DNA of 39,634 nt, from NCBI RefSeq assembly GCF_006345805.1, contig NW_021835406.1, forward strand, positions 1-39,634. The letters are read 5' to 3'. This document shows positions 12,795 through 24,432 of this stretch, piece by piece. Made by a program: the position numbers and the translations under genes. How positions within the stretch are numbered: the stretch's first letter is position 1; each line of letters opens with the position of its first letter. Under the pieces are notes generated by a model that searched no databases, was not told the origin of the DNA, and saw only the letters and a program-made list of their open reading frames with translations. This stretch comes from Octopus sinensis (Eukaryota).

Positions 12795-13290
12795 GACAAT
12801 AATGAGCAGAGATGATGATGATGATGATAGTGGTGGTGATAATAATGACGATGACGACGACGAGGACGACGATGACCGCGATGACGAGGACGGCGACGAA
12901 ACAGCGGCGACGACGAAACAGCGGCGACGACGGTAACGATAAGGATGATGATACTAACATCGAGTACGACTTCAATGGTAACGACGACGACAATGATGAT
13001 GATGACGACGACGACGGGGATGATAATGACGATGATGATGATGACGATGATGATGATGATGATGATAGCTGTGGTGATGATAATAATGACGACGACGGTG
13101 ATAACGGCGGTGACGATGCTGAGGAACCGGCGGCGAAGACGGCGACGACAACGATGATGACAATGACGGCGAGGACGACGTTGGTGATGATGACGACGAC
13201 AACGGTAATGATAATGATGACAACGACGACAACGGTGGCGGTAGAGGCGATGATGATGATGAGTATGATGGTGATGATGATGATGACGGT
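12795..13290. repeat. Degenerate GAT/GAC trinucleotide tract
   Basis: Poly-D, -M/T, -H, -S and -V/I ORFs in several frames; includes a short tandem duplication at ~12892-12930. Confidence 0.9.
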
Positions 13291-13799
13291 GGGGATTCCA
13301 GCGATGCCAGTACGCATTTTCATATATCATGAGACATTTTCCCGTGTGTCCACTTTTAGTTTAAGACAAAACTGCACAATTTCTCGTTGAATTCAACTGT
13401 TATTTCGTCCCTTACCAAGTGACCAAGTCAAGCTGCCAGACCATCCCCATTCTCTTACGTTATTGAATGAAGATACCACTAGGGAAAGCGAAGGCAAATG
13501 TTTGTATACGTAGGTACACCACACACACACACCACACACACACACATACACACAAATATGTGCATGTTTCATCGTGGATACATGTTTGCGTGTTTGTGCG
13601 CATGCGCACGCAGGTGTAAGAAAAAGACGCATATATGGAGAGCTCGATGTCCAGGAATCAAGATTTTCTAAAATTGGAACGGGAGGAGAGTGGCTCCGAC
13701 TACAAGCACTTCAAGATCACTTACAAGATTTGAGTACTTACCTTCGAGACAAATGTCACCCACGTAAGCACAAAAGCACACCTGTTCGCGAAAAACATA

Positions 13800-14079
13800 T
13801 AAGTACCATATATATACATATACATATATATATATACATATATATACATATATACATATATACATATATATATATAGTATATATATATATATAATATATA
13901 TATAATTATATATATATATATATATATATGTATGTACATATATATGTTTATATGTGTTTATATGTATTTACATATACGTGTGTGTATGTACACCCACATA
14001 TACACTTATATATATATATATTATATATATGTATATATATATGTATATATACATATATATATATGTGTGTGTGTGTGTG

Positions 14080-14113
<34 letters not shown>

Positions 14114-14432
14114 CATATCTATATAAATATATACATATATATAATCATATGTATGCGAATGTGTATTATGTATATGTGTATGTATATGTAGACACATCTT
14201 TGCAGTTTGTGCCTCTGTATGTGTGAAGGTGTATGAGTGTTATTGACGATACGTGTGTGTATGAATGAATTATTATATGCATGGATGTATGAATGTATAT
14301 ATGTTTGTATGTATGTTTGTATATATGTAAGCATGCGTGTAAAAGTAAGTATGTGTGTATGAATTTTGGTACGAGCGCATATGGTGGTACATTTGAATGA
14401 TAATGCATGATCTCCATATATATAAGTGTGTG

Positions 14433-14464
<32 letters not shown>

Positions 14465-14470
14465 TGTGTG

Positions 14471-14504
<34 letters not shown>

Positions 14505-14560
14505 TGTATGTATGTATGTATGTATACAGAAGTATTAAGGCATATACATGTACGTATAAC
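13800..14560. repeat. Compound (TA)/(TG)/(TATG) microsatellite block
   Basis: Direct reading. Confidence 0.9.
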
Positions 14561-15475
14561 TAAGAGCACGCTTTTATATTGAGTATGTAAAATATTTGCT
14601 TATCTGTTTGTAAATAAGTGTTTCTCTATGTTAAAACAATATTTTATTGTAGGAAGAAGAAGAGGAATATAGGGGAGAACAAGAGAGAGAGAGAGGGAGA
14701 GAGAGAGAAAGAGAGAGGCATACAGACAGAGACAAAGACAGAAAGAAACCGATAGAGAGTAGGAGTGACCAGACGGGAAAAAGTACATGGTTTATGTAGT
14801 GGAGTTATTATTATTCCGTCGAAGTTGATGAATCATTCCGGTACTACTCGGAGTATTTCCCTGCGCGCGAATTTTGAAGCAATCTATCATTCGCAATTAT
14901 ACATACATACGTACGTACGTATGTGCGTACATACATATGTACATGTATAAATGTATACATACATATATATGCTTGTATTTATATGTGAATGTACATAAGT
15001 TTGGATATACATTTTATGTGTATATATATACTGTACGGAATAACATTGCAACCAATGGTTTCAAGCTCTGAAAGTCTCCACAATTATTGAAGCGGACCTC
15101 TTGGGAATATTGATGCTCGTATCCATTTTTAAGGACAGGACATGAGGTTTCACAAGACTACACGAGATTTCAATAGAAAATCACATATAAATGGATGTAA
15201 CTAATACAAATATCATAATTGTTACTGCCTTGAACGGATTTCTGCATTACTTCGAGTAATTTATGCTTCGATGTCTTTTGTTTGTCCATGTAATGAGTTT
15301 TTTTACTTCCAACTCTTGAACCTTCCACGTAAACTTACCACGGATGAAGCAAGAACCTTCAATGTGTAAATTGGCAATTGAGATTATTTGGACTTGCAAT
15401 GGTCATGGCAAAACGAAAATTTACTAGAAACTAAAGTCATTTGGGCTTATAATAATAATAATAATAATAATAATA

Positions 15476-15526
<51 letters not shown>

Positions 15527-15792
15527 GCCTTTGCACATCTTCTAAAGCTGGAGATGTACTAAGGTGTCAGCTGTTCACAACCAGTGAACTAAGGTAACAC
15601 TTATTTTTCGAGCACCTACCGGAGTATTCGAGCGGTTCCAATCAGTGCTGTTTTCTGCAAGTGCTCTACCCTTATTCCAGCCTTTATTTGTTCCACGTAC
15701 TTCTCGAGATTTTTGCTTTCCGTTCCCAGGGCTCTGACAATTATTGGTACTACTACCACCTTTTTCATCGACCACAACTGCTTAACCTCCCA
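15527..15792 (-). mobile_element. 5'-truncated R4/Dong-like non-LTR retrotransposon 3' end
   Basis: Encodes WEVKQLWSMKKVVVVPIIVRALGT...LQKTALIGTARILR*VLEK*, like the C-terminus of restriction-endonuclease-type LINEs; 74-nt 3' UTR; (TAA)n on both sides. Confidence 0.7.
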
Positions 15793-15812
15793 TATTATTA
15801 TTATTATTATTA

Positions 15813-15858
<46 letters not shown>

Positions 15859-16261
15859 TTGTAACATGCCACTTTAATAGGTCTCGCTTAGATCATATAC
15901 TTCGCGACTAAAAGTTCTAAAATCTTCAAACTAAAAGTTAGAAAATTGAATGAAGAGCGTTAAAATGTTAATTACTACCTTAGGTGAGAAGCGTTCTTTC
16001 TCCATCAGAAGAAAATTTTATGAAGATAGATCCAATATTCTTCCGAAGGCTTATTGAGCTAATCAAAATTTTGGACATGTTCCAGCATTCTTTCTATGAC
16101 AGTTTCCTGAAATACTGAGAGATTTCAGACTAAGAGAAAAAAGAAACAAGATTAGGAATAGTACAAAGGAAAAATATTGCTTAAAGATATATGCAATACA
16201 AGATCAGAGATATTCAAATTTCAGCCCCTATAAAACCTGAAATTCTTCTGTATGTACTTTG

Positions 16262-16262
<1 letters not shown>

Positions 16263-16320
<58 letters not shown>
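16263..16320. repeat. (TCTA)n microsatellite
   Basis: Direct reading. Confidence 0.95.
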
Positions 16321-16321
<1 letters not shown>

Positions 16322-16458
16322 GTTCAGCTAGATAACTAACAAGCATCTTTACTTTCTCTTTACACACGTACATGCATACTCATGTATATACGTATATATA
16401 TATATAATATATATATGTATAGTATATATATATAATATATATACATATATGCATATAT

Positions 16459-16497
<39 letters not shown>

Positions 16498-16869
16498 TAT
16501 ATTATATATATATATATACACATATACATATATATGTAATGCACTATAGTGCAGCTGATGACAAAAATACACGTACTCTTTACTCTCCTTCCCGTTTTCT
16601 CCCGTCCCTCACCTATTCTATATACGTATATATATGTGTGTGTGTGCGTGTGTAAGAGAGAGAGGCACACAGACAGAGAGAGAGAGGAAGTCAGACGGTA
16701 CACACACACATACATATCTTTGTATGTGTGTGCATGTACATAAGCTCCTGGGTGGGTGTGTATATAGAAGTATGGTGAAACTTAACACTGTACTTCCTCT
16801 AAGATTTATCAAAGTGGACGGCCATTAATCGACTCCTTATGCTGGATGTAAGGGTTAACACGTGTTTAA

Positions 16870-17870
16870 TAAAGGACATGGCCACAAGAACCACTCCAAG
16901 AAGCACCACTATCGCAAACACTAGCAACGTTGGCAGCACCTCCACCACCACTACCACCGACGCCAACAGCTCCACTAGCACCATAACCACCACTGCCACC
17001 ACCAACACCACCGATACCACCGCTACCGCCATCACCAATACTAGAATCACCAACATCCCTAAAGCCATTGCCAAGACCACCACTACCACCACCACCACAA
17101 CTGTCACTACTAGCACCAGCAGCACCAGCAGCACCAGCAGTAGCGCCATTGCAACCACGGCTAGCAACACAATCACAGCTGTTACTATTACCACCACCAC
17201 CCCCACCGCTACCACCACCATTACCACCACCACTACCACCACACACCACTACCACTACCACTACCACCACCACCATCACCACCACCAGCACCAGCACCAC
17301 CACCACCACACCACTAGCACCACCAGCACCACCAGCACCACACCACTATCACCACCACGACCACCCCCACCAGCACCGCTACGACCAGCACCAACACCAC
17401 CACCACCACCACCACTACCACCACCACTACCACCACGACCAGCATCACGAGCAGGATCACCACCACCACCACCACCACCACCTCCACTACCACCACCATG
17501 AATAACAACAACGTTAACACCGCTGCTATCACCATGACGTCACCGGACAACCATCACCACCGCAATACCAACAAGAGCAGTGACCATATCCACCACCTTC
17601 ACAACCACTTGTACCAATCAGCAACAACGACAACAACATCATCCATCACCGCCACTAACACTACAAGGCGACGACCACCAGCACCACAATAACTGTCGTA
17701 ACCTGCGCCACAACCGCAACCACAACCACGGCCGCAACCAGCATCACCACCACTAATAATGAAACGCTAAAACGACCAACAGTACTACAACCGCCTCAAC
17801 CACAATCGCTACCATCACCATCACCACCACCACCAACAATGAAACGATCATAACGATCACCGAGGACATA
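16870..17870. repeat. Degenerate CAC/CAG/AAC trinucleotide tract (~1 kb)
   Basis: Poly-T/P/H on plus and poly-V/G/W on minus; no unique coding content. Confidence 0.9.
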
Positions 17871-17928
17871 TATACGTGGTCACTTGAAATGCTAGAAAGA
17901 ACGACTAAATCTACATCGCACTATTGTA

Positions 17929-18504
17929 TTGGGTTGTCCGGAAAGTTTGTGCCGATTTTTAAAGGAAAGAAAAAGGTCAATAAATACTTGCCATTTCATT
18001 TTTAATCAACCAAATATCAACCATTTTGTTGCATAATGCGTCTCCATCTTTCTTTTAACTTGAAAATACCCTCTTCCCAGAATTGAGGTGGTTTCATGGC
18101 AAAGAATTCATCAAGGTTCTTTTTTTTTTATCGTTTATTACCTCATCCAGGAATTGAAATCTTAACATTAAGACTATTCTGCAGAGACCTGAATAAGTGG
18201 AATCCGAAGGGGCAATATCTGGTGAATAAGGAGGGTGGGGTAACACATCCCAGCCGAGCTGCAGCAATTTTTGTCTGGTTCCCAAAGCTTCAAGTGCCGA
18301 AATTGAACTTTCTTATCTTCCATTTTAAAGGGTTACAGAATTAACAAAGTTATAGGAACATAAACCTTCTTCCACGAAAAGATAGTTTAAACTGTGTTCT
18401 AAGTAGAGTTATAGTCAAATCCTATTTTATGGACTCAACCATGTTGTAAAATAAGTCGAAATGTAAGCTACTATAAATCGGCACGAACTTTCCAGACAAC
18501 CCAA
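17929..18504 (-). mobile_element. Internally deleted mariner (DD34D-type) transposon
   Basis: 30-bp TIRs at 17929-17958 and 18475-18504 (28/30), TA on both sides, WDVLPHPPYSPDIAPSD motif, C-terminus LDEFFAMKPPQFWEEGIFKLKERWRRIMQQNG*YLVD* with frameshifts. Confidence 0.93.
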
Positions 18505-18649
18505 TATATTTGTGCCTGAAATAAGGAAATATGGATTGAATAATGACATGGTTTGAGATATTGTAGCCTGGAGAAATAAGACTGTATTGTCTTGGATGGA
18601 GCGCTTTCGATGATATGTCTCGTCGATTTGTGTTGATTTTATGCTAAAT

Positions 18650-19075
18650 AACATGAACACGGCGATAACGACGACGATGGTAGCGATGATGCTGATAATG
18701 AGCAAAGCTACAACGGCACGAGCGCCACCACAGCAACCATCGACATTAGGAATAACAGCAACAACAAGAGCAGCAAAATATTAAGAAAATCCAACAACAG
18801 CGGCAGCAGAAAGATGAACGAATCTGCAGCAACAAAAAAACAAAAAGGAACTGCACCACCGATAGCAATAAAAATAGAAACAAGAGCAACAATAATAATA
18901 ACCATCAGCTCAACCCCAGCATCAATAATAAAGATAGTAACATCGGAGTCACCATTTACAGTAAAAGCAACGAGATAATTACGCTAATGACAACCACTCT
19001 ACCTCCACAACCATAAGCAACAAAATCTATAGCAAAATCGCTATTACACAATCGCTGACACAACAACAATAATAA
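18650..19075. repeat. Degenerate AAC/AGC/AAT trinucleotide tract
   Basis: Direct reading. Confidence 0.75.
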
Positions 19076-19084
19076 TTTCTAATG

Positions 19085-19275
19085 TAAGGACAAGGCCAGC
19101 AACTTTTAGGCAGAGGATTAATAAGTACAACTGACCATAAAACATCACTGATGCTGTTGTATCGATGCTGCGTTTTTATCGACCCTGAGGTGATAAAAGG
19201 CAAAGTTGTCCTTGGCGTGATGTGAACTTACGTTGTATAGAGCAGAACAAATATCGCATGTCGTGAATTTCCAAC
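19085..19275 (-). mobile_element. Old family-A SINE monomer
   Basis: TTTATCGACCCTGAGG...AAAGGCAAAGT...TGAACT decayed core. Confidence 0.55.
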
Positions 19276-19376
19276 GTTCTCGGTTGTTCACTGCTGGAAC
19301 AAATAGCGCAAAATTATTTTCTCCGAAGCTCTATTCATTCACCACTATTACTACGACAATAATAATTCTTTCTCTT

Positions 19377-19985
19377 AAGGCTGCGAGCTGGAAGAGACGT
19401 TAGCACGCCTGGCGAAATGCTTAGCTGTTTTTCGTCTGTATTTACGTTCTGAGTTCGAATTCCGCTGAGGTCGAATTTTGCCTTTCGGGATCGATAAATG
19501 AAGTACCAGTTACGCACTGGGGTCGATGTATTCGACTTAATCCGTTTGTCTGTCCTTGTTTGTCCCCTCTGTGTTTAGCCCCTTGTGGGCAATAAAGAAA
19601 TAAGAAACGTTAGCACGCCGGGCGAAATGCTTAGCGTATTCCATCTGCCGTTAAGTCCTGAGTTCGAATTCCGCCGAGGTCGACTTTGCCTTTCATCCTT
19701 TCGGGATCGATAAATTAAGTACCAGTCACGCACTGGGGTAGATGTAATCGACTTAATCCCTTTGTCTATTCTTGTTTGTCCTCTCTGTGTTTAGCCCCTT
19801 GTGCGTAGTAAAGAAATAGGGATTTCAGCTGTTTTACGTTCTGAGTTCAAATTCCGCCGAGGTCGACTTTGCTTTTCATCCTTTCGGGGTCGATAAATTA
19901 AGTACCAGTTGCATACTGACTTCGATATAATCGACTGGCCCACTCATTTAAAAGTTTCAGGTCTTGTGCCAAGAGTAGAAAAGAA
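19377..19985 (+). mobile_element. Family-A SINE trimer containing both junction types
   Basis: B boxes at 19451, 19660 and 19843 (209 bp, i.e. 217 minus an 8-nt deletion; then 183 bp). Confidence 0.9.
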
Positions 19986-19999
19986 TAATATTAGCTTTC

Positions 20000-20722
20000 T
20001 AATTTTGGCACTAAAAAATAATGGTATGATTATAACAATTCCAGTACTTGACTGGTACTTTATTTTATCGACCCCGAAAGGATGAATGGCAAAGTTAACC
20101 TCGGTGGAATTTGAACTCAGAATGTAAAGACCTCGAATAGAAAACTCTAGAGATTTTGCCTGACAATATTTGAAATTTTGGGGAAGGGAGATAATCGATT
20201 ATATCTTAACTGGTGCTTATCTTATCGACCCCAAAATGATGAAAGGCGAAGTTGGACTCGTCATGATTTGAGTTCAGGAATGAAAAGTCGGAACGAAGAG
20301 CAGAAAGTATTTTCTTCGGCGCTCTAACGATTCTTCTAGTTTTCCGCCTTTAATAGTCATTACTATATGCATAATACCTGAAACTTTGCGGGTGGGGACT
20401 AGCCAATTATATCGATTCTAACGCTTGTCTGCTACTTATTTCATGATGAAAAGCAAAATTGACTTCGGTGAAATTTGAACTCACAACGTAAAGACGGACA
20501 AACTGCTGTAAAACATTTTTCCAAAATTTCCTTAGATTCTGTCAACACAACGCTTTTAATAATTTTCATAATCCTTTCTACTATCGGCACAAGGCCTGAA
20601 ATCTTAGGGGAGAGGTGTTACGTCGATTACACCGACTCCAATACTCAACTGTTGTTTATTTTATCGACCCCCCACTCCGAGAAGGATGAAAGGCAAAGTC
20701 GAACGCGGCGGAATTTGAACTC
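20000..20722 (-). mobile_element. Four consecutive diverged family-A SINE monomers
   Basis: Cores at ~20000-20133, 20172-20352, 20377-20558 and 20575-20722, each with AAAGGCAAAGT...ATTTGAACTC-like sequence. Confidence 0.75.
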
Positions 20723-20846
20723 AAGTACAATTTGTAAGAGGAACAGTAAGAATATGCAAGATTTTTCTGATGTTTAATAAGCGACATTGTTTTTTCTATA
20801 TCTACATTCCAACGATGGAACTTTGCATCTTTGTGTTTTTGTTAGA
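20722..20846 (+). repeat. 125-bp direct repeat, copy 1
   Basis: About 92% identical by eye to 23073-23196. Confidence 0.9.
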
Positions 20847-20856
20847 ATCCAGCTCC

Positions 20857-21006
20857 TAAGTAGCTTGCTTACCAACCACATGGTTCCGGGTTCAGTCCCA
20901 CTGTGTGACACTTTGGGCAAGTATCTTCTACGCTAGCCTCGGGCCGACCAAAGCCTTGTGAGTGGATTTGGTAGACGCAAACTATAAGAAGCTCGTCGTA
21001 TATATG

Positions 21007-21073
<67 letters not shown>

Positions 21074-21158
21074 TTGTGTGTCTGTGTTTATGGCAACCAA
21101 TGTTTGTGTGTTTATGTCCCGTAACTTGGCGGTTCGGCAAAAGAGACCGATAGAATAA
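20857..21158 (+). mobile_element. Family-C SINE, both ends truncated
   Basis: Matches 8073-8348, with an expanded (TG)n. Confidence 0.85.
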
Positions 21159-21521
21159 AATCAGACAAAATACCGCTAGGCTAAACGCCGTTAGCTAAAT
21201 GCTAACAATTGTGTCAGCTCACCGCTTTTTATGATTGTCATAATAAGACTAACATTCCTACCAATATCATGTAACAACAACAACAACAGCAACTACAGTA
21301 CTGCCCCACCACCACCACCACTACTAACAACAACAACAACAACAACAAGTAAGCACTACACAAGACAATGGGAATAAAACAAACCACTTCAACATGACAA
21401 CCACTGGTCATCGTCTTTACGACGTCACTACATTTCGTTCATCTTTTCCTGTTCATTTAAATCATTTCTGTTGTATTTTTTTTTTTCTCTGAAATACGTT
21501 TTATTCTTATTTTATCTTTTA

Positions 21522-21778
21522 GCTTTTCATTTGTTTCAGTCATTAGACTGCGGCCGTGCTGGGGCACAGCCTTAATGAATTTTTGTCGTACCCAATCGAC
21601 CCCAGTTCTTTTTTGTTTTTATGTTTTTTTTTGTTTCTTCTAAACCTGGTATGTATTCTACCGGGATATTTCGCAGATCTGCTGGGTTACGGGGACGTAA
21701 ATATCAGCAGTGGTTGTCAAGCGGTGGAGGGTGTTAGTAGTGTTGGTGGGGGCCACACAGACAAATGCAAGCATACCG

Positions 21779-21816
<38 letters not shown>

Positions 21817-22332
21817 CACGCACACACACGCTCAAATAAACACGAGCACACACACACACACACACATAAATATATATGGTAAACGAAAGACGGAAGAAGG
21901 AATATACGAGGAATTATTATTAATCACGACAATTGTTTCGCCACACCTAGCATCGATTCCTCACGGGTGAGACATTCAACAACTGGTTCAGAAGCATCCG
22001 ACGATGCAGATGTGTGTCATCAGGTGATAAATCGACACAATTCGTTAAAATGACTGTTCTGAAATGTTTCTTCTCATTTTTTAGAATGAAAAACAGCAAA
22101 ACGAAGGAAATTTCTTCATTTACATAGAAGATAAAAACTGAAATCACAAATATAAAAAATAAACGAACACGCAATACAGCGAGAAAACTATATACACACG
22201 ACAGGCTTCTTTCAGTTTCTGTCTACCAAATCCACTCACAAAGACTGTAATAAACACATATCTAAGTTCCCACGCAGTGGGACTGAACCTGGAACCATGA
22301 GGGTAGGAAGCAAATTTCTTACCACACATAAG
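21522..22332 (-). mobile_element. Old family-C SINE in two parts (~21522-21790 and ~22190-22332), interrupted by microsatellite and a ribozyme-bearing insert
   Basis: Tail/body and head pieces are collinear with 30524-30919. Confidence 0.65.
21923..22028 (-). ncRNA. Type-I hammerhead ribozyme motif with a long, damaged stem II
   Basis: Minus strand: AUCAC-CUGAUGA-CACAC...GUGUG-GC-GAAA-C-AAUU-G-UC-GUGAU; helix I 5 bp, GUC cleavage triplet. Confidence 0.65.
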
Positions 22333-22640
22333 TATCTTCTTTATGTGTTGTCTTTTTTTTTTACATTGTTTCCCTTGTATCATTTTGCTTGTTCTTTTAG
22401 TCTGAGATGTACTTTGGCTCGCATGTAAGTTGATCTGAGGCCGTGTGCTGAAACCAAAACAATTACAGCCTGGAAGACACATATTAGCCGTTCAACGGCG
22501 CTCAAAGGCTGTTAACTTCGCTTCACACATAATGTTTGGTGTTAGCATCTTTGTCGGACTAACTGCGTGCTGATCACTTATACGGTTCTACAGAATACAC
22601 ACGCGCGCGCGCACACACATACATACATGACCATGTGTAT

Positions 22641-22834
22641 ACCGTTGGCGATATTTTTCGTCCGTCTTCCCTTCTTTAGATCTTACCTTTTCGTATGTTT
22701 CTGACGAAGAGCTCCGCTCGAAACGTTAAGCCCTCCTTCTTTCCTTCTTTCCTGAACGTCCAATAACACTATACTTGTTCCACGTCCTCGCGCTGTTGTG
22801 TTTTCTCTTTGTGTTTTCATGTTTGGATTAACTT
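22641..22834 (+). mobile_element. Probable Penelope-like element pseudo-LTR/3' fragment
   Basis: Pyrimidine-rich island between microsatellites that contains a minimal hammerhead; the PLE assignment is inferred from the ribozyme type. Confidence 0.6.
22697..22731 (+). ncRNA. Minimal type-I hammerhead ribozyme motif
   Basis: GUUU-CUGACGA-A-GAGC-UCC-GCUC-GAAA-CG-UU-AAGC; palindromic helix III (AACGUU); helix I 4 bp. Confidence 0.75.
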
Positions 22835-23072
22835 TACATAAATACATACATACATACATAAAGAAAGAAAGAAACAAACAAACAAAGAAACAAACAAAAA
22901 AAGGGAGTAATTATGGACAATAGCTCCGAAAACTCCAGAATTTCTGTCGAGATTACAAACTTACATTCATATCAATGTTGATTGTTGCACTTGGTTTTGC
23001 GAATAAATGCAAATCTCACAGTCTGGATAAGCTTCGATTTTTAGAAAAAGAAATCGACGAACTCGTACATCA

Positions 23073-23196
23073 CAAGTACAATTTGTAAGAGGAACAGTAA
23101 GTATATGCAAGATTTTTCTGAAGTTTGATAAACGACATTGTTTTTCTTTATCTACATTGCAACAATGGAACTTTGCATCTTTGTATCTTTGTTAGA
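23073..23196 (+). repeat. 124-bp direct repeat, copy 2
   Basis: About 92% identical by eye to 20722-20846. Confidence 0.9.
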
Positions 23197-23721
23197 TCGA
23201 CCCTAGCACACAAATGGTACTTAATTTATCGATCCTGAAAGCATGAAACGCAAAGTCGACCTCGGCGGAAATTGAACTCAGAATGTAAAGACAGACGAAA
23301 TACTTATTTCTTTACTACCCACAAGGGGCTTAACACAGAAAGGATAAACATGGGCAGAGAAACGGATTGAGTCGATTATATCGACCCCAGTGCGTGAGTG
23401 GTACTTATTTAATCGACCCCGAAAGGATGAAAGGCAAAGTCGACCTCGGCGGAATTTGAACTCAGAATGTAGCGGCAGACGAAATACCTATTTCTTAACT
23501 ACCCACAAGGGGATAAACACAGAGGGGACAAACAAGGACAGACAAACGGATTAAGTCGATTACATCGACCCCAGTGCGTAACTGGTACTTAATTTATTGA
23601 TCCCGAAAGAATGAAAGGCAAAGTCGACCTCGGCGGAATTTGAACTCAGGACTTAACGGCAAACGAAATATCGCTAAGCATTTCGCCCGGCATCCTAACG
23701 TTTCAGCCAGGTCGCGGCCTT
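23197..23721 (-). mobile_element. Family-A SINE trimer lacking the 3' tail
   Basis: (G/A)ACGAAATA at 23294, 23478 and 23662 (184 and 184 bp). Confidence 0.9.
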
Positions 23722-23984
23722 ACAAAAGTTACATATTTACAGAAAAAGGTTTTGCCTGTAAACTGCTGAAAATAACACATAACTTTGAGTATGCATTCTC
23801 ACTCTGAGTGAAATGATAGCAGAATATAACGAAGAGCTTTTCTTAAACAATAACCTGAGAAGGCGCATTTTACACTTTGGTTGCTTGGTAGTGATTTCAC
23901 CAATGTACTACGGGTGTAAAAAAAAAAGTGTCGAAACAATTGTAGCGGTTTTTAATCATTCATTCCATTTTCTATCATTTATAT

Positions 23985-24432
23985 CTGTATACACACACGC
24001 ACACACACACTCTCTCTCTCTCTCTCGCTCTCTCTCTCTCGCTCTCTCTCTTATCACACACACTCTCACACACACACACACACACACACACAACACACAC
24101 ACCCTGTCTCGCTCTCTCTCTCTCTGTCACTCATTCTCTCTCGCTCTCTCTCTTCATCACACACACTCACACAAACACACGCACTCTCTCGCTCTCCCTC
24201 TTCATCACACACACACACGCACACACTTTCCCTCCCGCGCTCTCTCCCTCTTCATCACACACGCACTCTTCATCACACACACACACTCACACACACACAC
24301 TCTCTCTCACTCTCTCCTTATCACTCACACACACACACACACTCTCTCTCTCTCTCTCGCTCTGTCTCCCTTTATCACACGTACACTCTCTTTATCACAC
24401 ACACTCACACACACACGCATACACACACACGT
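23985..24432. repeat. Compound (CT)n/(CA)n tract with a recurring TT(C)ATCAC hinge
   Basis: Hinge at 24051, 24153, 24201, 24251, 24269, 24318, 24372 and 24392. Confidence 0.85.

Noticed and set aside
12761-13390. Asp-rich, His-rich and Ser-rich ORFs (possible biomineral or beak proteins)
   Set aside because: GAT/GAC tract open in several frames at once; no signal peptide or unique flanking coding sequence.
13597-13608. Perfect NRF1-type palindrome TGCGCATGCGCA
   Set aside because: Lies in a decaying TG/CA repeat that readily produces this motif.
16839-17501. 220-aa mucin/proline-rich ORF
   Set aside because: Translation of a degenerate CAC/CAG repeat; other frames and the opposite strand are open for the same reason; no unique domain.
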